This document shows, in pieces, positions 51,867-64,000 of a stretch of 64,000 nucleotides of DNA. How positions within the stretch are numbered: position 1 is the stretch's first letter; each line of letters opens with the position of its first letter. Source of the stretch: Hypanus sabinus (Eukaryota). The notes under the pieces are model-generated. The model saw nothing but the letters and a program-made list of their open reading frames with translations. It made no database searches and was not told the origin of the DNA. The DNA is taken from positions 4,898,001-4,962,000 of the forward strand of contig NC_082706.1 in assembly GCF_030144855.1 (NCBI RefSeq), written 5' to 3'. The position numbers were made by a program, and so were the translations under genes.

Positions 51867-54800
51867 TTGATTGTAAAGCAAGCAAGATGGAAGGGATGTA
51901 CTGGTTGGGTAACCTCAAACTCTGCGAACTACAATTTCGTTCACTATTAGAGCTTTTCCAATCTTAATAGCATTGATGATTTCCAAACAATACCCATTAG
52001 CTAATTTGAATAATGAGAATAGTATGTAGATTATATATTTAGTTGATTATTGCAAAGCCAATAAATCTTAGTGTCCTATTTGTTACTAGGCCTGTATGCA
52101 ATGTAATCTAGCAAAAAACATGCATGTGTTACTATGTATGGTAATATACTGTCAGTCATTCATAACTGGTTAATATGGATGCTCTGTATAGAGAGTAATA
52201 CTATTCTTCCACCTGTCTGTGTCGCGAGTTCAGAAGCTGTAGGTTACCTGCAGTAGTGCTTGGCACGCATCTTCTAAACATTTCGCACAAACACCATACA
52301 ACCTCTACGTAGAGTGCAAACTACTTCTGAGTTATTCAGTTATATTTAAACCATTTCTTAAGCAGTTCCAGATACTATAGGATATTGCATTAAAAATTGG
52401 GTGATTTAGAATTAGATTTTTGACATTAGTGCAGAATTGCAGTTTTAATTTTATTGTGCCCTTTAAAATGTGGATATACTGGACCTATTCCACGGGTGAA
52501 ATATAGATCTGGCTTATTTCAGCCTTCATTACACAATATAACTTTTAAGTTAATAAAGTAAAGTTTCAGAAGAGCAGTCTAACTTATTTATGTGTGGACA
52601 TTGTTACAAGATAAGGGAGTAGTCATTTAAAACTGAGCAGTGTAGGAATTTTTGTGACGAAATCTCTTGAATTCTCTGCCCAAAAGAGTCACTGGAGTTA
52701 TTTAAAGAGTAGAATTTTTGAAAGACTGGGCAACTGAAACTTCGTGGAAGTGGCTGAGAAGAGCAGTAGAGCCCTGGGACAGGCAGCCATGATCATTTTG
52801 AATGGCAGGGTAGACTTGAGGGCCAAATAGCCTACTTTCCTTTGTCCTTATATTCATTTATTATAATAGAAAATAGTCTTAGTCATAGAAAAGTACAGCA
52901 CGGAAACAGGCCTTTTGGCCCACCTAGTCCACGCTGAAACTATTTAAACTGCCTACTCCCACCTAATTTTATGTTCTCTTGTTTTTATACAATTATGTTC
53001 TGGACAATGGTGTCCTATGATCTACTCTATCTGTAATCTACCTTACATAATGTTATCTGCTTCAGCCATATCCCGCTTAATCTCCTCTGCACCCTCTCTG
53101 GTGTTGTTCTCTTTGAGAGGCTGAGTAATAATTTAAAAAATCAGGAGGTTGCAAAGATAGTGTGATTTTTGATCAGTCTTCAACAATGAAAAAGAATTTC
53201 CAATGGAAATCCCAGTGAAGGGTCTCAGCCTGAAATTTCAATAAACCCTTCCATAAATGCTGCCTGACCTGCTAAGTTCCTCCAGCATGTAGTGCGTGTT
53301 GCTTGGATTTCCAGCATCTGCAGAATCGCTTGTGTTTGTGAAACACGATGAATGACAGACTGAGTGAATGATAATGACCACGGCAGTTTTTCTGCCAAAT
53401 TGCTTGCTTGTTCAGTCAGTGTCATTGGCTGTTGGGCCTGCAGATTTGGAAGCCACTTAAACTTCGGTTGTTTCATCTTTGTGGTTGGAAATAGTAAATT
53501 CTATATTTTAAAAAACTTGTGAGACATAGTTTAAAATTGAGTTAAATTCTGTGAAATATACCCAGAAATCTTGAAATGCTATCTGAGATTTGGCAAACAT
53601 TTGTGTTATTAACCCAGTACAGGCATCAGAATTTCCAAGTTACATGTAAGTGATGGATGTGTGTTAGTTTTCCAGTTTGATAGATCTTTAAACAATGCAC
53701 TGTCTGGGGCTGAGGACAAATTCTAACTAAATATTGGATGATTAAATTGAAGATCACAGAGGGGGAGCAGTGAGAGAAAGAGCTCCCATTGAAGAGATTT
53801 AAACTTTGTCAGGGTAGGCAACACCCTGAAAAAGTTTAAATCTTGATGAAGGGTTTTGGCCCAAAATATTAACTATTTATTCCCTTCCATAGATGCTGCC
53901 TGACTTGCTGAGTTCCTCCAGCAATTTTGTGTGTGTTGATTTCCAATGTCTGCAGAATCTCTTGTGTTTTAATTTGGAGATGATCTGTTTTATCTGTAGG
54001 ACTTCTGTTGGATAGTTTGGATATACAAGAGGCTGAAGACCTGGAGCAATTGGTTGGAGGAGCTCAGTGGGTCAAGTGTCAGTACAGGTGCAGAGTCTCG
54101 GTCTGAAATGTTGACCATCCCTCTGCCTCCACAGAAGCCGCCTGACCTGCAGAGTTGCTCCAGCAGTTTGCTTTTCAGAAATAAGATGAAGCCTTGAAAC
54201 CTCTGTTCTTAAGCAATTTATATTTAAGCTGGTTTTCAAACAATTATGTTAGTAATTTGGTTGCAGTTAATAATTGTTTTGGTCTCAAAGTTTAAATTAA
54301 AATATGCTTATTTAGAACTAATAAGAGGCCTTATTTTAAATTAAATTTAAAATGTTCAATTCAGGTACTGTATAATCACAACATCAGTGTTTGTACATTT
54401 TAGATTTGGTTCAGAACTATTTCCTAATGGAATAAAAAAATGAGAAGTGAAAAATTCTGCCAATTTCTGAGCTTATTATATGAATGATTTCTTTTAAATT
54501 TTAGGGACTGTGTTCCTTTAAAAAAATTAAACTCAGCAAATTTATAAATTGTCTGCAGTTCCCCTATCTTTTCTCCTCTGGTATGCGTGTCAGTGTACTG
54601 TTTCATCATGGAAGTTGTTGTTTTTAATTTTTACAATTATTTGCTATGTTGCTAGAAGAAATAACAACATGATTTAATTGCCTGTTTTGGGTCTATTCAT
54701 GTGCAATTTACTTCACTATGCTTTTAAAAAAAAATAAAATTTGTTTTTGTTACTACTTTTGGGTGAATTTTGAATCTGGGCAGTCTGCAGATAAAGAACA

Positions 54801-56422
54801 CTGACCGGAACTGAACTGAAATATACCTTTTGATTTTGTTTTGTGTTCTGTGTTTTAACCTTTTTTTTTGTTGCTGTTCGCACAATTTTTTTGCTCTGGG
54901 GAGGGGGTTTGATGTTTGATATTTTTCTTCGAACAGGTTGGTTCCATGGTTCTTCGTTGTTTCGTGACTGTCTGTGGGGAAGACGAATTTCAGGGTTGTA
55001 TACTACATACACATTTTGATAATAAATGTACTTTGAATCTTGGAAAATATCTTTTCTCTTCGGTTAATAAAATATTAATTTGAATTAAAATTGAGAGGGG
55101 TTGTATGAATAATTTCAAAATTGTCATGTGAAATTCTATTTAGTGTGGAAAATAATTATACAGAAATTTAATTTGCATCTTGGGACATTAGAGATGATTT
55201 ATTTGATCTTAATTGGTTTGAAGTATCTTTAGTTTATGAAGTTGCTATATAAATGTGAAATAGATGTCAAAGATGGAATGTGCAGCTGTGGAATATTGAC
55301 AGTTCAAAAAGTTACCCTTTTCAGGAATTTTTTCATCTTTTTCAGAAATCGAACCATTCCCGAATTACATCCAAATTAATCTTCAATGTTTATATACTGG
55401 TTCTTCTATTTTCTACACAACTTTATCCCTTTATAAACTGTCCCTCTTGGAACCTTGCGTACAAAGCTATTGACAATCAGATTCCAAACAAAAGTAGGTC
55501 TTTATACTAAAGTTAAACTTGATCAGCAGCTGAGATTTTATGTTGAAGTTGTACAAGACATTGATGAGGCTGAATGGGAGTAATGTGTGCTGTTCTGGTC
55601 ACCTACCTACAGGAAAGATTCAATAAGATTGCGAGAATGCAGAGAAAATTTATGAGGATGTTGCCAGGGCTTCTGGACCTGAAATACGATAGTACTTTAT
55701 TCCCTAGAGTGCAGGAAGATGAGGAGGGATTTGATAGAGCTAAACAAAATTATGAGAGGTATAGATTAGGTAAGTGCAAACAGGCTTTTTCCACTAAGGT
55801 TGAGAGAGACTGGAACAAGTGGTCATGGTTTAAGGGTGAAAAGTGAAATAGTTGAGGAGGTGTGGATTGAGCTGCCAGTGGAAGTGGTGGATGCAAATTC
55901 AATTTCAACATTTAAGAGAAATTTGAAAAGCCACATGGATGGAGGGGTATGGAGAGTTATGTGCTGAATGCAAGTCGATGGGACTAGTTAGAGCTTCCCA
56001 ACCTTGGATCCATGGACTCCTTGCTTAAGGTATTGGTACATGGCATAAAAAGATTGGGAACCACTGGGCTAGACAGACTAATCATTCAGTACAGACTAAA
56101 TAGGCTGAAGAGCCTGTTTCTGTGCGCTATGACTTTGTGAACTAACCCAGATCCTGAATGTGAATTAATGCTTTGCCCAAGGGTCCAACACTCTGACAAA
56201 AGGTTCCATTGTAAAGCATTAACATTTGCTATTTCTTTTCAGGACCGCTGCCTACAGGGACATTATCTTTAACCCTCAATACTTTATGAATTCATTTGAC
56301 ACAATCATCCAATCAGATACACTATGTGGCAGTTAAGGATTACCCCTCACAGAGCAAGTTTTATAATTTGTACCATTTGATGAACAATGTTTGGTATTTT
56401 TGGCTTTGTATAATGACAATGC

Positions 56423-56428
56423 TTTATT
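56423..56428 (-). terminator. Candidate DKK4 poly(A) signal
   Basis: TTTATT on + (AATAAA on -), about 67 nt after the DKK4 stop. Confidence 0.45.
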
Positions 56429-56494
56429 TGAACTAGTGCAGTACTGATCTTGTTAATTTGTGACATCATTACAAGTGTTCAAGGTTAGACCTCT

Positions 56495-56748
56495 CTAAAT
56501 ACGTTGGCAGATCCACAGCCTGGAGGTGCCCTGAGAAGATTGTTGATTTTGGTTACGGCAGGTTAATCCTGGTCCACAAGCACACCGCTGGAAGATCTCT
56601 GGCCCTTGAGGACCCTCCTTCCTCCCCCGTTTTGAGCATACTTGGCCCTCTTTCAGGACAGGCCGGCAGATCTTTGACCAGAAGTGACGGGCACAGCACA
56701 GTCCAGTGGAGCAATCTGATGTTCGTAAGCAGGTCTCTCCTTCCAGCC
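56495..56748 (-). CDS. DKK4: Dickkopf-4-like terminal exon encoding the colipase-fold CRD2 domain
   Basis: Acceptor ctaccttgcAG|GG (phase 1). Translates [65 protein letters not shown]...LWICQRI* with all 10 CRD2 cysteines. VCSxRG, QxPEIFQRC and CGPGLxCR match DKK4 better than DKK1/2 (CTK...SHGLEIFQRC). Convergent with POLB as in human. Confidence 0.88.
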
Positions 56749-57699
56749 CTGCAAGGTAGAACATTTATGAAAATTTACTCAGTTTCATTTTTAAGATATG
56801 CATATACTCAGAGCCTCTTAGAAGTTTGCATAAATTCGGCATGGCACCAAAAACACCTATAGATGCATTGTTCTATAGATACAGGTTGCATCACAGCCTG
56901 GCAAGGAAACACCAATGCCCAGGAATGGAGGTCTACAGAAAGTGGTGGATACAGCCCAGTCCATCAAAGGCAAGGGCACTGCTAAAGAAAGCAGCATCCA
57001 TCAAAGACACCCACCACCTAGGCTATGCTCTCTTCTTACTACTACCATCATGCAGGAGGTATATGAGCCTTAGATCCCATGTCTCCAGGGTCAAAACAGT
57101 TACCACCTACAACCATTAGGCCCCTGAAACGGCATGGATAACTTCAACTCTTAACTGATATTTACATCTACAGATTCACTTTCAAGGACTCATTACAATT
57201 CATTTGCACAATTTGTCTTGCACCTTGGTTGTTTGTCAGTCTTTAGTTTATGTATAATTTTTTTTATAAATTTGATTGAATTTATTTTCTTGTAAATGCC
57301 TGCAAGAAAATAAATCTCAAGGTCTTATATAGTGACATATGTAATTTGATAATAAATTTTCTTTGACTTTTATAGTTTTTTGCAAAACAGAAAGATAAGA
57401 GGGTCTAAATATCAACTCAGAATTTGTATCAGCTTTTCCATTCTCTTCACATAGACCATAGGTTTCTACCTTAGCACTAAGTGGCACGAATACAGCATAA
57501 AGTCTCTGTGACAGGTGAAGAGAATGAGGAGGAAGGGACGGGGCTTGTAAGAGTTAAACAATTACTTTGTGGCAAGGTTTCAATGTTTTCCTGTGATTTG
57601 TTATTACATTAAAGGTTGATTGGACCTGTACAAACAGGATTACTATAAACATTTTTTTTAATTGTTTTCGGAAGAAGATTTTGTTCCATGAAGTTAGGC

Positions 57700-58020
57700 T
57701 CACAGACCTCCATTTATACCCCTGCCCCATCCCCATCTATACTTTTAGTCTGGTTCTCTTCCTCCCTCTTTTTCCGCCCTCACTACAATCTCCCCCCAGC
57801 CCTACCTTTCTTTCTCTTTTATTTCCCATAATTCTCCACCTTCCCTCCAGCCCATCACTTCCCAGCTCTCTACTTCATCCCTCCCCCCACTCCTTATCCC
57901 CCCTCGACCATCCCATGTTACTTCACTCCTGATGAAGGGTTTCGGCCCGAAACGTCATCACCACCTCCTCCCGTAGATGCTGTCTGGCCTGCTGAGTTCT
58001 GCCAGCATTTTGTGTTTTTA
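57700..58020 (+). mobile_element. Penelope-like pLTR fragment
   Basis: Pyrimidine-rich UTR followed by CTGATGAAGGGTTTCGGCCCGAAACGTC and the TAGATGCTG...GCATTTTGTGT tail. Confidence 0.8.
57929..57956 (+). ncRNA. Minimal type-I hammerhead ribozyme motif with intact catalytic core; stem I not formed in this copy
   Basis: CUGAUGA (57929-57935), extra A, stem II GGG/CCC closing UUUCGG, GAAA, palindromic ACGU and a GUC triplet. Confidence 0.6.
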
Positions 58021-61000
58021 CTAGAATGTTACCTGGGTTTCAGCACCTAAGTTACAGAGAAAGGTTGAACAAGTTAGGTCTTTATTCTTTGGAGCATAGA
58101 AGGTTGAGGGGGGACTTGATAGAGGTATTTAAAATTATGAGGGAGATCGATAGAGTTGACGTGGATAGGCTTTTTCCATTGAGAGTAGGGGAGATCAAAC
58201 AAGAGGACATGAGTTGAGAGTTAAGGGGCAAAAGTTTAGGGGCAACACAAGGGAGAACTTCTTTACTCAGAGTGGTAGCTGTGTGGAACGAGCTTCCAGT
58301 AGAAGTGGTAGAGGCAGGTTCGATATTGTCATTTAAAGTAAAATTGAATAGGTATAGGGACAGGAAAGGAATTGAGGGTTATGGGCTGAGTGCAGGTCAG
58401 TGGGACTAGGTGAGAGTAAGTATTCAGCAATGACCAGAAGGGCCAAGATGGCCTGTTTCAGTGCTGTAATTGTTATATGGTTATATATATGTATATCGAA
58501 TAGATTAAAAATCATGCAGAAAAAACATAATATATATTTTAAAAAGTGATGTAGTGTCCAAGGGTTCAATATCCATTTAGGAATCAGATGGCAGAGGAGA
58601 AGAAGCTGTTCCATAATTGCTGACTGTGTGCTTTCAGGCTTCTGTACCTCCTACCTGATGGTAACAGTGAGAAAAGGGCATGCCCTGGGTGCTCAACGTC
58701 CTTAATAATGGACGCTGCCTTTCTGAGACACCACTCCTTGAAGATGTCTAGGCTAGTAGCCAAGATGGAGCTGACTAAATTTACAACCCTTTGCAGTTTC
58801 TTCTGGTCCTGTGCAATAGCCCCCTATCTATCCAAATACTTATCTATCTGGTCCCTTAGAATACCTTCCAACAACTTTACTACTGATGTCACATCCAGCG
58901 GCCTATAATTTCCCAACATATTCTAAGAGCCTTTCTTAAACAATGGAAAAACATTGACTATCCTCCAATCCTCTGGTCCCTCATCTGTGGCTAAAGATGT
59001 TTTAAATATATCTGCTAGGACCCATAGGGTCTGAGGGAACACATCATGAGGCCCTGGGGATTTATCCACCCTGATTTGCCTCAAGACAGCAAACACCTCT
59101 ATAACCTGTACAAACTCCATGATCTCACTGCTGCTTTGTCTCACATCTAGAGACGCTTGAGTAAATACAGATGCAAAAAACCATTTATGATATTTATTTA
59201 TTGAGCTACAGTGTGGGACAGGACTTCTAGCCCTTAAAGCTGTGCTGCCCAGCGACACCTGATTTCTTGATAGAAGAAATAAAAGCATAGACTATTTTCT
59301 AAATGGAGAGAAAATTCAAAAATCTGAGGTGCAGAGGGACTTGGGAGTTTCCATGTATAATTCCCTAAAGGTTAATTTGCAGGTTGAGTCAGTGGTGAGG
59401 AAGGCAAATACAATGTTAGCATTCATTTCGAAAGGATTAGAATATAAAAACGAGGTAATGTTGAGGCTTTATGAAGAACTGGGGAGGCCTCATTAGGAGT
59501 ATTGTGAGCAGTTTGGGACCCCTTATCTAAGAAAGGAAGTGCTGACACTGAAAAGTGTTCAAAGGTGGTTTATAAAGTGATCCCGAGATTGAAATATACG
59601 AGGCATTTTATGGCTCTGGGCCTGCACTCGCTACTCAATGGAATTCAGAAGAATGAGTGGGGATCTCATTGAAACCTATCAAATGTTGAAATGGGTAGCC
59701 TTCAACCTGATGGCACGAACATCGATTTCTCAAACTTCTGGTAATGACACACCCCCCTTCACCATTCCCCATCCCCTTTTCCCTCTCTCCCCTCATCTTC
59801 CTGGCCTGCTCACCACCTCCATCTGGTGCTCCTTCCCCCTTTTCCTTCTTCCATGGATTTCTGTTCTCTCCTATTGGCCTCTCCCTTGTCCAGCCCTGTA
59901 TCTCTTTCATCAATCAGATTCCCAGCTCTTACTTCATCCCCCCACCCCCATTTCACCTATTACCTCGTGTTTCTCTCTCCCTTCCCTCACCTTTTAAATC
60001 TACTCATTTTTTTCTCTCCAGTCCTGTCAAAACGTCGATTGTACTTTTCCCATAGCTGCTGCCTGGCCTGCTCAGTTCCTCCAGCATTTTGAGTGTGTTG
60101 TTGGATTTCCAGCATTTGCAGATTTTCTCTTTGTGAATTGTTGAAAGGGCCTTGATAGAGCAGATGTGGAGAGGATGTTTCCTATGCTGGGGGAGTCTAG
60201 AGATCAGAGGACACAATCTCAGAATAGAAGGATTCCATTTAGAATGAAGAGGAGGAGGAATTTCTTTAGCCAGAGAATAGTGAATCTGTGGAATTTGTTG
60301 TCACAAGCAGCTGTGGAGGCCAAATCACTGGTTAAAATTAAGACAAAAGTTTATAGATTCTTGATTAGTCAGGGCATGAAGGGATATGGGGAGAAGGCAG
60401 GAGAATGGGGCTGAGGGAAATTGATCAGGAATGATGAAATGGCAGAGCTGGTTCGATGGGCTAAATGATCTCATTTCTGCTGCAATGTCTTAGGGTCCTA
60501 ACCCTAGCCTAATCACAGGACAATTTATAATGATCAATTAACCTACCAACCTGTAGGTCCTTGGACTGTGGGAGGAAACTGCAGCACTTGGAGAAAACCC
60601 GTGCAGTCACGGGGAGAACTTACAAACTCCTTTAAGACTGCTGTGGGAATTGAACCTGGGTTGCTGGTACTATATGGCTGTGCGCTAACCAGTGATGTCC
60701 CTTCTCCACACATAGATTATCACTCTAATCTTTCAGTGAACCAATTTTGTCCCTTGCAATACTTTTGCTCTTAATATACTGTATCTGTTGAAGCTGTTCG
60801 GGTTCTCCTTCACTTTGTCTGCTGGGGCAACCTCTTGCCTTCTTTTGGCCCTTCTGATTTCTTTCTTAAGCATCCTCTTGCATTTCTTATACTCAAGTAC
60901 TTCATTTGTTTCTGCCTGCCTATACCTGCCATGCTCCTCCTTTTTCTTAACCAATGTCTCTCGAAAACCAAGGTTCTGCAAGCCTTTCATCTTTGCGTTT

Positions 61001-61560
61001 TATTCTACAGGAACGTACAAAATCTGTACTTTCATAATTTCACTTTTGCAGGCCTTCTACTTACCAAGTATGCCTTTGTCAGAAAACACCCTGTCCCAAT
61101 CTACACTTGCCAGATCCTTTCTGACACCTTTCTCCAATTTAGAATCTCAACCCAAGGACCAGACCTACCCTTTTCAATAATTACCTTGAAACTAATGCAT
61201 TATGGTCACTAGATGCAAAGGATTCCCCAACACAAACTTCTGTTACCTGTTCTGTCTCATTCCCTAATAGGAGATCTAGTTGGGATTTCTTTGTAGTGAT
61301 TAAGGAAATTTTTGCTGAACACATTTGACAAACTCATTCCCATCCAGCCCTTTTATAATATGGGAGTCCCAATCAGTATGTGGAAAGTTGGAATCACCTA
61401 CTAACACAAGCTTATGTTTCTTGCAACAGGTTGTGATCTCCGTACATAATTGCTCTTCTAAATCCGTGGATTATTGGGTCATATCCCATTAACGTGCTCA
61501 TACCTTTCTTATTCCTCAGTTCTATCCATAACACCTCACTAGATGAGCTGTCCAGTCTGT
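58020..61560. mobile_element. Cluster of CR1 fragments on both strands with interleaved Rex1/Babar, Penelope and V-SINE pieces, inside the DKK4 intron
   Basis: RLRGDLIEVFKIM (58026+), KSPGPHDV (58923-), RRNFFSQRIVNLWN (60166+), KEIRRAKRR (60733-). Confidence 0.8.
59692..60138 (+). mobile_element. Penelope-like 3' fragment inserted into a CR1
   Basis: GSLQPDGTNIDFSNFW* remnant. TGTTGAAA duplicated at 59684-59691 and 60139-60146. The CR1 reading resumes after it. Confidence 0.85.
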
Positions 61561-64000
61561 CCCGACTGAGCACCACACCATTCTGATGTTTGGTCAGAAC
61601 CTCTTGACCATATCTGCATGCTTTTATGCTACCACATGATTGACTGATTAGATAATTGTATTAACAAGCAAGTGTACAGGTGGACCTAATAAAGTGGCCA
61701 CTAAGTGTGTACTAATCACAGCAAATTCATTCTCCAGTGTTAGTTCTCCTGTAAAGTTTTGTAAGTCTGCTGATCAGGGCCACTAGACTTTAAGTCCAAA
61801 CCAGATTCAGATGCATCACATGTACGTTGAAACATGCAGTGAAATGTATTGTTTGCGTTAACAACCACAGTCCAAGAATGTGCCGGGGGCAGCCTGCAAG
61901 TGTTGCCACACGTTCCGACGCCAACATCACAATCCCACAGAATCCTTGGCAGAACACACACAGCAGCAACAAATTCACAAAACAAGTCAAGAAGAGCAAA
62001 ACATGCCCCTTTGCCTCTCTAGCAACCACCCATCCAAACACACAGACACTCCAATCACTCGTCATGTTGCCTCTGAGCCTCCAGTCCCTCAAACTCCAAT
62101 CTCCAGCCCCAGGCCTGGACTTCCAGACATGGGTCTAAGCATTCACATATCGTACCAGTGAGAGTTAGCCTGCTTGCATTTACCCTATCCAAAACCCTCA
62201 TAATTTTGTATAACTCTTATCAGATCTCCTCTGAATCTTTTATTTTCAAAGGAATAAAGTCCTAAGCTGTTCAATCTTTCCTTATAACTCAGGTCCTCCA
62301 ATCCCGGCAATATTCTTGTAAGTTTTCTCTGTACACCTTCAACCTTATTTATGTCTTTCCTGTAGGTAGGTGGCCAAAACTGCACACAATACTCCTGTGT
62401 GTTATCATGTGGGATTTATGTGCATCATATCAGTGTCATCTGAAAATACAAATAAAATTGAATGTTACAATGCAGAGCGGGCCCTTTGGCCCACAATATT
62501 ATGCTATCCCATTAATCTCCTCAAAATCAATCAAGCCCCCCCCCCCCCACCCCACACAGCCTCCATTTTTCTATCATGTCAGCACCTCCTCGGACAGCAT
62601 TGGTCATTGACGCACGTGGTGCATTTAGTTATACATGTGACAAATAAAACTAATCTTTGTAGTCCCTTGTCATACACTGAAATGTGTCGTATCAAATCAG
62701 TGAGGATTGTGCTGGGGCAGCCTGCAAGTGTCACCACATTTCCCAGCACCCACTTAGCATGCCCACAACACACTAACCCCAATGTCTTTGGACTGCAGAA
62801 GGAAACTGGAACACCCAGCGGAAAGCCATGCAGACAGAGAGAGAAAGTACAAACTCCTTACAGACAGCGGTGGGAATTAAACATCAATTCATGATTGGTG
62901 CGCTGTAGAACATTGCTCTAACTGCTACCACCTTTCCCTCTAAGCTGTGTGGGTGTGCGGCCGCACAGTCACTGAAGTCCTCCTGTGCACACAGCCTTTG
63001 TTACCGTGCAGCTGGGAACATCCTTTTGTATAATGTTTTATTAAAGTGCTGTGCAATTTTCAAACTGTATAAAAATTTACTGCTCACAGCAATGGTCAGT
63101 CCATACAACTGTAAAGAAAAAGGGAACGTTGCCTGTTATGCTACCGTACAGTATTGGATACGAGGTAAATGTCAGCTGGAGCACAATAAGAAATCTCTTG
63201 AGCATCTGCAAATCGTGCCAGTGGGTTTTGTACATTTGCTAATGACGGTAGATTGGATCATGGTGGAATATTTCAGTCAGAAATTCAGCACCTCCAACAG
63301 AGAACTATACATCACTAAAGTGTCAGCCCCGGTTAGATGCTCAAGTGTTATCTGGGACCAGGGTCTAACTTTATTCACCATATACATTTATATGCATTAG
63401 GAAATTGCTGTGGTGTGGTGGTCAGGGTGCAATATGCAACAAAAACAGCATTCAACAACTATAATGAATAAAGAATTACATAAAAATAAAGTTAGAGGTT
63501 AAAGTACGGGTGGGTTATAAACTTGACCACAAAGGTCAAAGTTTTCCTTTATTGTTTAGAGATACAGCACGGTAACAGGCCCCATCCAGGCTAACAAGCC
63601 TGTGATGCCCAGTGTTACACCCATGTGACCAATTAACCAACTAATCGGTACGTCTTTGAAATGTGGGGGGAAACCGGAACACCCAGAGGAAACCCATGCA
63701 GTCACGGGGAAAACTCCTTACAGACAGTGGTGGGAATTGAACCTGGGTTGCTAGTACTGCAATAGCATTGTGCTAACCGCTAAGCTGCCATGCATTGACT
63801 TGGTGTAACCATCAATGAGCCTCAACAATGCTCACTCCATCCATCAGAGAAGTAGGCACTTTGAGAGGATTTCTGCAGCTGCAAATATTGAAACCTTGAG
63901 CTCTGCTCATGGACCAAGTACATTATTTATAGATGAACCTTGAAGAATTACTAGCTCCCCAGTCAACAATCAACACAAGAGGTTCTGCAGATGCTGGAAA

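Noticed and set aside
57569-57628. 60-nt cag|...|gtaatt segment on the - strand as a possible DKK4 exon 3
   Set aside because: Phase 0/0 instead of 1/1, too short, and no DKK-like sequence.
63026-63400. 124-aa ORF (also 32840-33169, 38688-39056 and 43887-44216)
   Set aside because: No recognisable motifs, start codons are often non-ATG, and no splice or domain support. 43887-44216 overlaps POLB exon 13 out of frame.
1-64000. CRISPR arrays, rRNA or tRNA genes, prokaryotic operons
   Set aside because: None seen. The A/B-box motifs belong to SINEs and do not form cloverleafs.

Overview
Vertebrate genomic DNA, very repeat-rich. The repeat families (CR1 with (TTTCTATG)n-type tails, V-SINEs, Rex1/Babar, RTE, Penelope) suggest a cartilaginous fish, probably a ray; this is inference. 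Two host genes lie tail-to-tail. On the + strand are the last three coding exons of DNA polymerase beta (POLB; 40334-40398, 44128-44267, 51481-51575), matching human exons 12-14 in length and phase. On the - strand is the last exon of a Dickkopf gene (DKK4-like, 56495-56748), giving the same POLB><DKK4 arrangement as in human. I found no earlier POLB exon in the first 40 kb and no DKK4 exon 3 up to 64000. Most of the rest is transposon-derived. It includes a full-length 5.9 kb L1-clade LINE with an 18-bp TSD and a YY1/ETS 5' end, long CR1 copies (one with an SGNH-esterase ORF1 remnant), nested Tigger elements, Tc1 and hAT MITEs, a probable solo LTR and many Penelope-like elements. The most notable observations are a dispersed family of Penelope-derived minimal hammerhead-ribozyme motifs, a recurrent inverted-5'-arm plus TSD architecture in those inserts, and a non-repetitive TCF/LEF plus AP-1 motif cluster that may be a DKK4 enhancer. 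Most ORFs in the supplied track are TE fragments or noise. I found no clearly novel protein-coding system. Repeat boundaries are approximate and family calls come from motif recognition, not database searches.
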